A stretch of 63,753 nt of DNA, filler included, from Nemertoderma westbladi (lineage: Eukaryota; Animalia; Xenacoelomorpha), in the NCBI GenBank assembly GCA_032718475.1. It is 3 parts of 3 records of this genome, joined end to end, with 100 filler letters (N's around TTAATTAATTAA, not from the genome) between each part and the next. Parts side by side here need not be neighbours in the genome. Positions count along the whole stretch, not along the records: positions 1 to 29,003 come from JAUCBJ010000078.1; 2 more parts are not named here. One strand, given 5' to 3'. The first letter of the stretch is position 1; every line of letters begins with the position of its first letter. Positions 8,568-20,375 of the stretch are shown here, piece by piece. The notes below the pieces were generated by a model. That model saw nothing but the letters and a program-made list of their open reading frames with translations. It did not search any database and was not told the origin of the DNA. The position numbers were made by a program, and so were the translations under genes.

Positions 8568-11361
8568 TAATTGTTGCCTTATAAATGCCAGGTCAATAAA
8601 GTCAAAACTTTCTGACCTTGAACAGCTGCAACGTTGTGACGGTTACGAAATAATTGCTATAACTGAATCGTGGCTTACTGATGATGTGTGCGACAAGATG
8701 ATTAATTGTGAAGACAACTTTCGTGTTTTTCGGTGTGATCGCGGTTCCCTAGGCGGGGGCGTTGCTATCCTGATTCGCAAGGACATCAAGTGTGTCCAGG
8801 TCAATTTGCCCCCCAATTTCGTTGATAAGGTCGAACTGGTCGCGCTTGACTTTGTGGGAGCTTCCCCTAGCCGTTTTATTTGTGTTTACCGGTCAAATAA
8901 TCCTAATCGAGCATCGTTAGAACTTGATAAACTTCTCTCTGATTGCCTTGCCTTTCTGTGTAATACTTCGCAACCTTGTACTGTTGTTGGCGACTTTAAC
9001 TTGCCAGACATTGATTGGGAAAATATGTCACATCCAGATAATGCTACTTACAATTTATTTTCTGAATGTTTTTTAGATAACAGTCTGAAACAGTTGCAAT
9101 TGAAACCCACTAGGGGTAATAATATCTTAGATCTTGTATTTTGTACTGAGGATATTTTTATTTCAAGTATTGATGTTACTGAACCGTTTGCTACTAGCGA
9201 CCACAGTACTGTTGTTTTTAATATTTTATCATCTAATCGTATTGATTCCACATCCGATGTTGGTTTTTATGATTTTAAACTAGGGAATTATGAAGGTTTT
9301 TCTGAATACTTAAATGACACTAACTGGAATTTATTATTTGAAAATTGTGTCTCTGTTAATGATTTTTGGGATGGGTTTGGTGCAATCATTAGTAATGGTA
9401 TTAAGAAATTTATACCTTTTAATGTTTGTAAAAGTAAGAAGAATAACGTTTTCCCTGAGTTTGTAAGATTATTGCAACGTAAAAAGAAACATCTTTGGCG
9501 GAGACGCCACACTGTCAATGGTGAAAAGGAGTACAAAAAATGTGCTAAAGCGGCCTCGCGCGCTACCTTTAGAGCTGCTTGCATTAGGGAAAACCGCATT
9601 CTTTCATCTGGTAATTTAAGTGATATTTTTAGTTACATAAACAATAAACGTAATCTTAAATCAGGAATTTCCCCATTCAAATATAAAGGTGCTACAGTCG
9701 TTGATGACTTGGAGAAAGCTAATATTCTTTCCGAAGTTTTCGCCGAAAACTTTACAGTAGATAATGGGAATACTCCCATGTTTGCAAGGCGAGCCCCATT
9801 AAATGCCAATAAGTCTACTATCGATTTTTCTCCAGTAAATGTATTTGCTATGCTAAATAAAATTGGTGCCAAAACAAGTCGAACGCCAGACAATTTTCCT
9901 AGCTTTTTGTATTCAAAACTTGCATCGTGTCTTGCTGCCCCATTATCGGTTATTTTTCAGGTTTCTTTTATCAGCCATGCTTTACCTACTATTTGGTTGA
10001 CAGCATATGTTGTACCTGTGTATAAGAAAAATGATGCTTCCGACCCTTATAATTACAGGCCTGTTTCACTTACTTGCATAGCATGTAAAGTAATGGAATT
10101 GTGCATTAAAGATGAATTGTTATCGTATTTATATTTGCACAAACTTATAAACAAGGCACAGCATGGTTTCCTGAAAAAACGTTCGACCTGTACCCAACTA
10201 TTGAACTGTGTTAATGAATGGTGCAATTTACTAGATAAAAGAAAGAGTATAGATGTAGTGTATATTGATTTCTCTAAGGCTTTTGATTCGGTGGTGCACA
10301 GTAAACTTATCGCTAAATTAGCCAGTTATGGGATTTCTGGGAATCTTATATTATGGTTCACAGCTTTTTTAACGAATCGAACTCAACAAGTTGTTGTTGG
10401 TAATGCCTTTTCTACCGTATGTGACGTCATTTCCGGCACTCCTCAAGGAACAGTATTAGGGCCGATGTTGTTTATAATTTTTATTAACGACTTACCAGAT
10501 GTGGTGCATTTTGTGACGTGTAATTTGTTCGCTGATGATGTTAAGTTGCATTCAGTAGTCACCGACTGTACTAATTTAATTCGTGCTCTACATATTTTGG
10601 AATCTTGGGCTGATACTTGGCAATTGAAAGTTGCAGCTCATAAGTGCCATGTGCTTCAAATAGGAACATACGGCCGAGATAATGGTGCTATTACTTACCA
10701 GTTGTGCGGTAGTATTTTGAAACCGAAAGCATCGTGTAGGGACTTGGGAATTACCATGTGCAGTGACTTAAATTTTAACCTATATTGTCGTGAACAAGTT
10801 TCCAAGGCGTTCAAGATTGTAAATATTATTTTCAGATGCTTCTGTACAAATAATACTCGTGCCTTTCTCACTGCTTTTAAATCCTATGTACGACCTTTAT
10901 TAGAATATTGCACCTCTGTTTGGTCGCCCTATCATGTTGGAGCAATTGATCTCCTTGAGCGTGTACAAAGATATTTTACGCGCCGACTTTTTCGACGGTG
11001 CAATTTGGAACCTGTAGGTTATTTAGATAGGATTAGGATATTAAAACTACAACCTCTTGAAGTGCGCCGTGTTATTTTTGACTTAAAAATGGCACATTCT
11101 ATAGTTTACAGTAATATTGACTTAAATTTGAACGATTTCTTCACTATTGCGCCGAGAGCTGGACTTAGAGGTCACGAGCTTAAACTCTACCATAAACAGT
11201 CGAGGCTTCTAATGTGCAAGAATAATTTTGCCCACCGAGTAGTTCCAATTTGGAACTGGCTCCCATCGGAAACTGTCAATACTGAAAGTAAATTTTTATT
11301 TTCCAAAAAGCTTAAAGACCTTGACCTGCTATCTTTTTGTAAATTTAATAGAAATTTGTAA
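8524..11361 (+). CDS. LINE ORF2: APE endonuclease and reverse transcriptase (no ATG; overlaps the ORF1 end in the -1 frame)
   Basis: INARS, AITESW, GGGVAI, GDFN, LDLV, SDH; NYRPVSL, QHGF, DFSKAFD, GTPQGTVLGP, FADD; C-terminal RGH.LKL...WNWLP. The frame is open upstream of the track's GTG start. Confidence 0.93.
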   Translation, partial: GKRVGGEKHHRNPFTNCCLINARSIKSKLSDLEQLQRCDGYEIIAITESWLTDDVCDKMINCEDNFRVFRCDRGSLGGGVAILIRKDIKCVQVNLPPNFVDKVELVALDFVGASPSRFICVYRSNNPNRASLELDKLLSDCLAFLCNTSQPCTVVGDFNLPDIDWENMSHPDNATYNLFSECFLDNSLKQLQLKPTRGNNILDLVFCTEDIFISSIDVTEPFATSDHSTVVFNILSSNRIDSTSDVGFYDFKLGNYEGFSEYLNDTNWNLLFENCVSVNDFWDGFGAIISNGIKKFIPFNVCKSKKNNVFPEFVRLLQRKKKHLWRRRHTVNGEKEYKKCAKAASRATFRAACIRENRILSSGNLSDIFSYINNKRNLKSGISPFKYKGATVVDDLEKANILSEVFAENFTVDNGNTPMFARRAPLNANKSTIDFSPVNVFAMLNKIGAKTSRTPDNFPSFLYSKLASCLAAPLSVIFQVSFISHALPTIWLTAYVVPVYKKNDASDPYNYRPVSLTCIACKVMELCIKDELLSYLYLHKLINKAQHGFLKKRSTCTQLLNCVNEWCNLLDKRKSIDVVYIDFSKAFDSVVHSKLIAKLASYGISGNLILWFTAFLTNRTQQVVVGNAFSTVCDVISGTPQGTVLGPMLFIIFINDLPDVVHFVTCNLFADDVKLHSVVTDCTNLIRALHILESWADTWQLKVAAHKCHVLQIGTYGRDNGAITYQLCGSILKPKASCRDLGITMCSDLNFNLYCREQVSKAFKIVNIIFRCFCTNNTRAFLTAFKSYVRPLLEYCTSVWSPYHVGAIDLLERVQRYFTRRLFRRCNLEPVGYLDRIRILKLQPLEVRRVIFDLKMAHSIVYSNIDLNLNDFFTIAPRAGLRGHELKLYHKQSRLLMCKNNFAHRVVPIWNWLPSETVNTESKFLFSKKLKDLDLLSFCKFNRNL

Positions 11362-11817
11362 ACATGCGCATATTTTTATTTTTTTTTTATTATTTTTGTG
11401 AATCATAACAATCAATTTTTATTGTGAATATTTTATTGCACATAGCTTACTGTTTACTGTACCCTTGTATTTATTTGATTTTAAATTTTCAGCACTGCTT
11501 CTGTCTATTCTACTGCACCGTTTTATGCTTTTTTATTTTGAATGTAAATATGATATCTTTATTCACTGCACCAAATTTATTTTTTATTTTATTTTTTTAT
11601 CAATTTTCAGAAATTCGTAGACTATGACATTGTTGCGTTAATTTTAATTTTACTTTGTAGAATATATTTCTGTATTTTTGTGTAATTTTAGAGCCTGCTC
11701 GGGCAACCGTAAGTGTTTAATTTTTAATAACCTGGTTGTTTTCTCTCCTCATGTACTTTTAATTTAATTTTTATAAATACATAGAGTGATAATAATAAAA
11801 ATAAATAAAATAAATAA

Positions 11818-14187
11818 TAGACAGTAGAGATCCTAACGAAATAGCACAAAAATTAAATGATTGCCTTAAGGAGGGAATTAACAAGTTTATACCTCATAAA
11901 GTAGTAAAATCACGATCAACCGATCCTAAATGGATCACACCATTTCTGCGTCAACTTTTTAGAAAACGTAAGAAATGCCATAAAAAAGCATTAAAAACGC
12001 AAGATGATTCAATGGAGTGGAACGAATATCGCAGACTTAGAAATCATGTTATTCAACAAGTGCGGATTGCAAAAAATGCATATAATCGTATAATGTATGA
12101 AAAGCTAAGTACTAGTGGTCAAATGACACAAAAAGAGTGGTATTCTTTCGCAAAGAATACCCTTGGGAAAACAAAAGTTACTAATATACCATTCCTAATT
12201 GAAAACAATACATGTCTTGTTGAGGCTAGTGCAAAAGCTGAACTCTTAAATAACTTCTTTATTGATCAAACAAAACTACCATCTCCATTGAACCCTCTGC
12301 CTATACTGGACTATGAAAATGAAAATATTACCATCTTAGAAAATATAACAATTAGTGAGGAAGACGTTCTGGAATCACTAACTAGTTTGACATCTGATAA
12401 AGCATCTGGTCCTGACGGCATTGGCCCCAAGGTAATCAAAGCTATACGTACAAGTATATCCTCATTGCTAAGTGTTATTTAATATCTCATTACTAATATC
12501 TCTTTGGAAATACTCTAACGTAAGCCCAGTCTTTAAGAAGAACGAAACATACTATTGCTCCAACTATCGGCCAATTTCATTGCTCTGCATTCTATCCAAG
12601 GTAATTGAAACTGTCGTTCGTAAACATCTCTGGGAATTTCTACGTAATAAACTTTCTGAACATCAGTCTGGTTTTATATCTGGAGATGGTTGTGTGTACC
12701 GTTTACTACAACTTTACGATGACTTTTGCCGTGCATGGGACGACGGCGATGTGTCACAGATTATTTTCTGTGATATATCGAAAGCGTTTGACCGTGTATG
12801 GCATCAAGGCCTATTGCACAACCTAGAACGAATTCGGATTCGTGGGAGGTTGCTAGGTTGGTGTGCAAGTTACCTGTCGGGACGTTACCAACGGGTTGTA
12901 CTCGATGGCGTTGCATCTGTATATATGCTTATTTTAGCAGGCGTGCCGCAAGGCAGCATCTTGGGTCTGCTGCTATTCCTTATTTATATCAATGATTTAA
13001 TCGATGTATTGAAATCCACGGCATCACTTTTTGCAGATGATACGTCATTGTACACTCGATTACAGCATCCTTCAGTTAGGGCCCATTTTATAAACACAGA
13101 CCTCTGTTCACTTCATGAGTGGGCACTTAAATGGCTTGTTACAATTAAATTAACCCATCCAAAACAGTAGTAATGACAATGGCTGGTAGTTTTCCATACC
13201 AGACTTTGCCAGTCTATTACAATAATACTGCCCTACCTATGGTAGAGTCTCACAAACATGTAGGTGTCACCTTCTCACCCACTTTTAACTTTACAGATCA
13301 CATTCATACGATTATCAGTAGAATCTCAATGTCAGTTGCGGCATTAAAGAAATCGAAATATCTCATCCCAAAAAAATATATTATACAAATATACAAACGT
13401 TTCATTAGACCAACACTAGAATACGCCAGCCCTGTCTGGTCCGGTATCTCTGACGAAAATTCAGAATTGCTGGACCAGATTGAGTTGGATATTTTGAGAA
13501 CGGCCACTGGGGCACCACGTGGTACATCTCATTACAAATTGTATGACGAGTGTGGCATACAAAAATTATCAGATCGTAGAAATGCCAACTGCCTATTATA
13601 TTTCTACAAGATTGTGAATGGTCTTGCCCCTGGCTACCTGTCACGACTGCTGCCACCATCAGTTGGCGAGGCCAGTCAATACAGATACCCATTGCGCAAT
13701 GCGATTGACATCTCGTTGATACCGACACGGAAAGAACTATACAATAAATCATTTTTTCCCGCAACGATCAGAAAGTGGAACTCCCTACCAATCGCAATAC
13801 GCCAACTCCCGATCACACTGTTTCGATCTAGGTTATTTTCTTCACCTACTATAAATCCATATACGCACCTCGGGTCTAGAATTACACAGGTATGCCTATG
13901 CCAAATGCGGCTTGGATGTAGTAACTTAGGTGCTGATGGTAAGTCGACACCTCAGTGAATCTCCAGCTTGCGGCGGCTGTGGCGTAACTGAGGACGCCCA
14001 GCACTACCTTCTTCACTGCCCTTCCTATTCCACCCATCGGCAAAAACTATTTGATGAGCTACAATCAGCTGGAATAACCACAAACATCGAAGCTTTTCTA
14101 CAGGGCCGTGGTGTACCACTTTCTAAACAACCTAAGCTTGTAGAGGAACTTGGACAGTTCATCTCAGGCACTGGTAGATTCAACTAA
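11818..14187 (+). pseudogene. Outer CR1/L2-group LINE, 3' part: reverse transcriptase and C-terminal Cys/His motif (frameshifted)
   Basis: KASGPDGI, NYRPISLL, QSGF, DISKAFDRVWH, GVPQGSILG, FADDT, LEYASPVW and CGGCGVTEDAQHYLLHCP are spread over 4 broken ORFs. Confidence 0.9.
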
Positions 14188-14593
14188 AATTTTTTTATTG
14201 GAAATATAATAATTTCAAAAGTATTCTTGAAATATACTTGTAGAGTGGAAGGTCTCATGAACGTCTAAACTGAAGATATGAATTTGCGTTTTATAGCATT
14301 TTATATAACTTTTCTAACCCTAGCAGGGATGCATTAGTACCTTAGTTAACCTTTTAAGTAATATTAATTTGTAATGTTAGTATTGTCATTTACCAATCTA
14401 TATTAATTAATTACACATTTACCGGTTTGTAACATTGCAAATTGCAATATGAGAACGTTAATATTTTTATATATTACCCAGCAACTGGATATAGGCGTAC
14501 GTATTCCTATACACTATAATCAATATTGTAAATTTAATTAATATGCCTGCTAAGTTGTTCTAATATACGCACTACCTGTTTAAAAAAAAATAA

Positions 14594-15215
14594 AGATTGC
14601 ATAAGTAGGCCTACTAGGTGTAGGCAGCCACAGAATGAGTGAAACCGGTCCAGTCTGCGGTATAGTACCAGTAACAATATATGTAGAATGTGTTGTCTGC
14701 TTCCTACAGATTGCATACGTAGGCCTACTAGGTGTATGCAGCCACAGAATGAGTGAAACCGGTCCAGTCCTTGGTACGGTACTGGTAATGACATATGTAG
14801 AGTGTGCTGTCTCCTTCCTATAGATTGCATAAGTAGGCCGACCTACTAGGTGTAGGCAGCCACAGAATGAGTGAAACCGGTCCAGTCCGCGGTATAGTAC
14901 CAGTAACAATATATGTAGAATGTGCTGTCTGCTTCCTACAGATTGCATAAGTAGACCTACTAGGTGTAGGCAGCCACAGAATGAGTGAAACCGGTCCAGT
15001 CTGCGGTTTAGTACCAGTAACAATATATGTAGAATGTGTTGTCTGCTTCCTACAGATTGCATACGTAGGTCTACTAGGTGTAGGCAGCCACAGTATGAGT
15101 GAAACCGGTTCAGTCCGTGGTACGGTACTGGTAACGACATATGTAGAGTGTGCTGTCTGCTTCCAACAGATTGCATAAGTAGGCCTACTAGGTGTAGGCA
15201 GCCACAGAATGAGTG
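14594..15215. repeat. 114-bp tandem repeat, ~5.4 copies
   Basis: AGATTGCATA unit starts at 14594, 14708, 14822, 14940, 15054 and 15168. Confidence 0.95.
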
Positions 15216-15229
15216 CTACATATGATCAG

Positions 15230-16770
15230 GACCCGCCAAAATAAAGTAAATAAGAGGGGCCATTTATATTTTGGGTGAGTAAATACTCTGTTCAGGTGTA
15301 AAAATTCCAGTGTGAGTGGGCTTTGTATACCACTCGGTTGAAAAACCAGTCTGTGTTCATTCAACTAAAACATCCAGGAATGGAAGACGTCCTTCCTTCT
15401 CAGTTTCCATAGTGAACTTGGCACTAGGATCTAATGAATTCATAAAATCTAGGAATGATGACGGTCGGTTTCCTCCGGGATCAAATGTGAGAATAGCGCC
15501 ATCTATGAGTCTTTTATATAACTCGGGAAGGATATCATGGTCACATTCATCAAATCGATATTCAAGCATAAACATGAAAAATACAGCCAATGGTAAACCC
15601 ATCGCGAGATCATCTTTCTGAATATAATCAACGATATTAAACTTGAAAAAATGTCCATCCAATTTATCACTGTGCCCCAAAGCCAACAAAATCTTTGAAG
15701 AGCATCGAGAAAATCGAATGTGTCTGTCAAAGTAAATTTCAAGGGCAGTGCCTTCTTTAGTCAAAAGTCCATCTCCTTAGCTAACTTGTAGGTGTAGCAG
15801 CTCGTTGCGGACAAAATCGGATGCATGGGTACTCCTTCCTTGTGTATTTTCGCCAACCCGTACAACCTCGCAGGTTGACTTCCCACCACCTTAAGTTGTT
15901 TATACTTATGTTCTGGTAATTCACATGACTTTAGAGAATCATTGAACTTATCCTCTATCACACAAGTAGTATCACGAGTTTGTCTAGGATGATATTGATA
16001 CTTATCAAGCTTAGTTGAGACATTCAAAATTAAATTCATTTTTTGAATATATTCTTCTCTATCTAAAATTACAGTTCCATTTCCTTTATCGAATTTACAG
16101 ACATAAATCGATGTGTCTTTAGACAGATTAAGCAATGTATTCTCAATGTTACTTAAATGCACTGGAGGTTGGCTAGTGTAGCCCAAAATAAGAGACTTAA
16201 TAAGTGCTCTATGTTCCATACATTGTGATGGGCTAAGGTCATCCTCCTAAAGACGTAACAAATTCTGAAAAAATCATTCCAATTCAATTTTGACTTTTAT
16301 GGAGTCAACTTTTTTAAATCCAATAGACATATTGAAACCCAGTTTTAGACAGTCCAATTCCGTATTGGAAATAATTCTACTCGATCTATTAATGACTGTG
16401 TTTTCCTTAGTAAACTTGTTTCCACTCTCTTTATATTGTAGAAGATTTTCAAGTTTTTTCCTCAGTCATTGTTTTTATCATTAATCGGTGATGCATTAGT
16501 TCGCCTAATGTGTTCGAATACTGCCTGGCATACTATCGGTGCGAGTATTGTACTAACGACATCGTAAAGTCTGTCGAGTCTTGTAGAGATGCGAGCAACT
16601 TTGCCCTTCAAGGATCATAAGCATTTCCTCACGATGTTTCGCCTTTGCCGAGCAAACGATTCAGAGTAACAAACAAGTGGTTCAGGAATTCGTATATGGG
16701 TAAACTTGGGTATGATATGTTCATCATTCATGAAACATCATTCTTAAATTTGAGTTGTAATTCTAGAATA
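15230..16770 (-). mobile_element. Degenerate Penelope-like RT (Poseidon-type)
   Basis: DKGNGTVILDREEY, PARLYGLAKIHKEGVPMHPILS, LAMGLPL, FTMETEKEGRLPFLDVLV and KPTHTG, plus N-terminal IIPKF. Multiple frameshifts. Confidence 0.85.
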
Positions 16771-16776
16771 TATTAG

Positions 16777-16932
16777 TTGGCGAAAATACACAAGGAAGGA
16801 GTACCCATGCATCCGATGTTGTCCACAACAAGCTGCTACACCTACAAGTTAGCTAAGGAGATGGACTTTTGGCTAAAGAAGGCACTGCCCTTGAAATTTA
16901 CTTTGACAGACACATTCGATTTTCTCGATGCT
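16777..16932 (+). repeat. Inverted copy of PLE RT segment 15701-15857
   Basis: Reverse-complement match over ~155 bp with few mismatches. Confidence 0.9.
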
Positions 16933-17563
16933 AATTAATGTTGATGGAAACTTGACAACCATTGACAATAATCAACTAAGGAAGGTTGACGACTTCCAGT
17001 ACCTTGGATCATGGATAGAGAGTAGCAAAAAGGACATAGAAGTTAGGAAAGCAAAGGCATGGGTAGCTCTATCAAAAATGGATAGCATCTGGAAATCAGA
17101 TCTCTCCAGGCACCTGAAGACTAAGTTCTTTTGAGCCATAGTGGAAAGTGTATTTTTATATGGGGTTGAGACCTGGACACTGACTAAATCACTTGAACAA
17201 CGAATTGATGGTTGCTACACAAGACTACTAAGGGCAGCCCTAAACATAAGCTGGAGACAACACATGACAAACGCCGAGCTTTATGGTACAATACCACCTG
17301 TATCAACCACCCTCCGTGAACGCAGATTAAGATTCAGTGGACACTGCTGGCGAAGTAAAGACGAGGTCATACCAGATCTACTTTTCTGGCAACCAACTCA
17401 TGGAAAGAGTAGTTGTGGACGACCGGCCATAACATATATAGATCAACTTGAAAGTGATACTGAACTTGGGAGAAACGAAATTGCGACAACTATGGAGAAT
17501 CGGGAAGCCTGGAAGGATCTCATTTCCACTGTCCGAGTTCGCTCGACCTAGTAGTAGTAGTAA
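16933..17563 (+). mobile_element. 5'-truncated RTE-clade LINE with (TAG)n tail
   Basis: VDDFQYLGSWI, LYGVETWTLT, LLRAALNISW, RLRFSGHCWR and GRPAITY; ends TAGTAGTAGTAGTAA. Confidence 0.9.
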
Positions 17564-17899
17564 TGTTGACACTTGCTTCTCTTGCATTTATGTACTGTAA
17601 GTTGGACATATAGGGGGAATTCACTGCCGGGTGCAATTACTTGAAATTATCAGTTTCAGTCTAAATCAGTCAATAGATTAATATTAATATTATTACTATT
17701 ACTATTACAGGAACAACGAATCTCCATCTAATTCCACTACTACTGATACTATGATCATTATGCTGCATTGCAGCTGCATTATATATAATACATATATATT
17801 TAAAATGAATTGAATATTTATTTCCTTAATTATAAAAACAGTTTAACAATTAAACAATTAAATATATACTACTAGGATCGGCATGCTGCATCGCAGCTG

Positions 17900-18123
17900 C
17901 ATTTTTAAGAATGCTGTGCCGGCTTGTCAACAAAATTGCACCGCCACAACTCCCTATCACCCATGACATTTGCTAGATCATCCGCATCTTTAAGGCCAGT
18001 GTCCTTTAAGATGCGTCTCAAGAAAGTCATGGGCTGTCCACCATGCTTATTCACTCCATGAGGCTGCCAAAGTACAAGATTATGCACTGGCTGGTCCTCA
18101 CGGCGAAAGCAATGTCCTGCAAA
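17900..18123 (-). mobile_element. Short 3' fragment of an RTE-clade LINE
   Basis: FAGHCFRREDQPVHNLVLWQP..GGQPMTF...DRELWR. Confidence 0.75.
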
Positions 18124-18235
18124 ATATATTTAAATATTAAATATATAATATTCAGTGGAACCAGGCAAATCGCATAGCTAGTGCTGCCTGAGTTCCACTG
18201 AAGAGCCTAATGAAAGAGGGGCATACTACCGGCAA

Positions 18236-19448
18236 TGTAAAAGCTTTTGTGGGATAACTGATTCGTTTGCCTTGTTGGCCAGTTCCCCCCCAGTCGCTAA
18301 GAATACTCTCAAAGTGATCTATAGCTAAAAATAGTGCAAGTTACCAGCTTATTGGCTGATTTGCTGTACGCAGGCATCTGGGCTCTGTTTAATCGGCCAA
18401 CAAGCCTAGGGAGGTTGCGTCATAGCCTTGTTTTTGTATCTCCCAATAGAATTTGAGTTAGCCTTGATTTTGACCTATCACAGAGCTACTGAACTGAAAT
18501 TTTCCTATCTCACTGCTCTTTCTCTGTGTTGAACGGGAGCTTCGTGGAATAAGGGAGTTGGTATCCTCGTACAGAGCAGTAGTCACGAGTTTTTCAAAGC
18601 CACGAAAGAACGGCTTTGTAGTGTTTTGTGCTTTCTGCTTTTTAGCTCAACACTAGTAGGTTTAATTATAAGGACATATATCCTTTAACTCATGGAATCA
18701 CTGATCTGGCGACAGCAACTGCTGACACACGGCTTTTAATAACTGCTGAAACTGCTAAAATTTACCTGCTCAATCAATACTGTATATTGCTATTTGTTGT
18801 CGGTTATTCATTATATTTGTTGATGAATTATTATATTGGAATAACGAGAAATAACCCCGACACCCAATATTCTTGATATACCGAAGGTAAGAGAGAAAGG
18901 TTACCAATAACGATTGTGACTTATGTTAAAGTGGTTTGAAGTGAATCTAATGTTATTTGATAGACCCTACATGAGTCAGTCTGTGTTCCTTTTATATGTG
19001 ACTAAAATCAGTGAAGATTGGCAGATTAGTGTGCAGTATTGTGCAGCATTGCGTATGAGTGAGTCTGTTAAAGAAGCAATTCCTAAAGAATGCGCCATAT
19101 ATGTGAATTATAATTAAGCCATATCGTTGTGAGTAGTTTAAGTCATAACTCTGTTTATATAGATAAAGCGCCACGTACTAAAGAACTGTTAATATTCCCG
19201 AAGGTGAATAATATTGTCAGAGATTATATAATACTGTCAGTCGAATAATACATTAGGCTTACATAGCAATAAAATTAAACCGTCGAACCCAATCTCCCAG
19301 GAATATCCAGCGGGTGAATGGTCGCGCACAGATTGGTTTCGACTAGTGTAGTGAATCAAATACTTGTCATAGGCTAAAAAGCGATTTAATATCTAGAAGA
19401 CACCTTAATTTGGCGGGTTAAACTGCCAAAGGTCTGAAAGCGCGAACA
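18236..19448 (+). mobile_element. 5' LTR of the BEL/Pao element (start inferred)
   Basis: The 3' end is fixed by identity to 1-191 (...AACA). The TGTAAAAG start at 18236 is inferred. TATA-like sequence at ~19223 and AATAAA at ~19268. Confidence 0.6.
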
Positions 19449-19814
19449 TTAAAGGATATAGCTTCTTTGTTGCAGTAAGCAATAAAGTTGAAAGTACCGG
19501 TCAACCGGTAAACCTGAACCGGTACATCTGTAGGTCAGTAGGCCCAACCGCTAGAACCGGTACTGCCGTAGGTCCAACTGCCAGAACTGGTACTTCTGTA
19601 GGTCCGTAGGCCTAGCTGTCCTAACCGGTACTTCCGTATAAGTACACTAGTATTATTCGATTTGATTGTTGCATACCGGTAGGCTGTTTAAGGGATTAGG
19701 GATTGATCACCCTTATTCCTTTATATGGTTTACTTATTTCTGTCAAGTTTTATTTATTTGTAGGCCAGTATTGAACAGAAGGCGTGTAAGCCTGATCAGA
19801 TTGTACAGACGATT

Positions 19815-20375
19815 TGTAAGCTGAGCTGTTGTCTGATTGCTGTTAAGTCCGAACGAATTGCAGTGTGTGTAGATCACCTGTCCGATTAAGTACGGTTAGG
19901 AAGTAGGGGCAGCGAACGCTGTAAGGTAAACCCCCAACTAAAGAATAAGTCGCACTACTGGGTTAGAGCGCATACTCCCTAATCATTTCGGAGTCTGCAT
20001 GTCCTGTAGTTTATTTAGGCTTGAGAGTAGTCTGCCATCGTTTAGTCTGTACTTTGTTTGTGTAAGTCTGTACGGGTAGCGTATAATTTTATTTAGATAA
20101 TTTGTAGGCTGGATAGTTGTCCGGCTGTTATTAGGTCTGAACGGATTGCAGTGTGTGTAGATCATTTGTCTGATTAAGTACGGTTAGGAAGTAGGGGCAG
20201 CGAACGCTGTAAGGTAAACCCCCAACTAAAGAATAAGTCGCACTACTGGGTTAGAGCGCATACTCCCTAATCATTTCGGAGTCTGTATATACCGTAGTTT
20301 GTTTAGGCTTGATAGTAGTCTGTCAGTATTCGGTCTGTATTTTGTTTGAGTAGTTTGTACGCGTAGCGTAATATT
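19815..20375. repeat. ~288-bp tandem direct repeat (2 copies) in the BEL leader
   Basis: CAGTGTGTGTAGATCA...TACTCCCTAATCATTTCGGAGTCTG starts at 19861 and 20149. Confidence 0.9.

Larger units (their letters stand above)
7251..11817 (+). mobile_element. Apparently intact CR1-group LINE nested in the outer LINE
   Basis: ORF1, ORF2, AT-rich 3' UTR and an (AAAT)n-like tail. The outer frame ...GYDFTIL resumes as IDSRDPNE... at ~11818. Confidence 0.9.
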
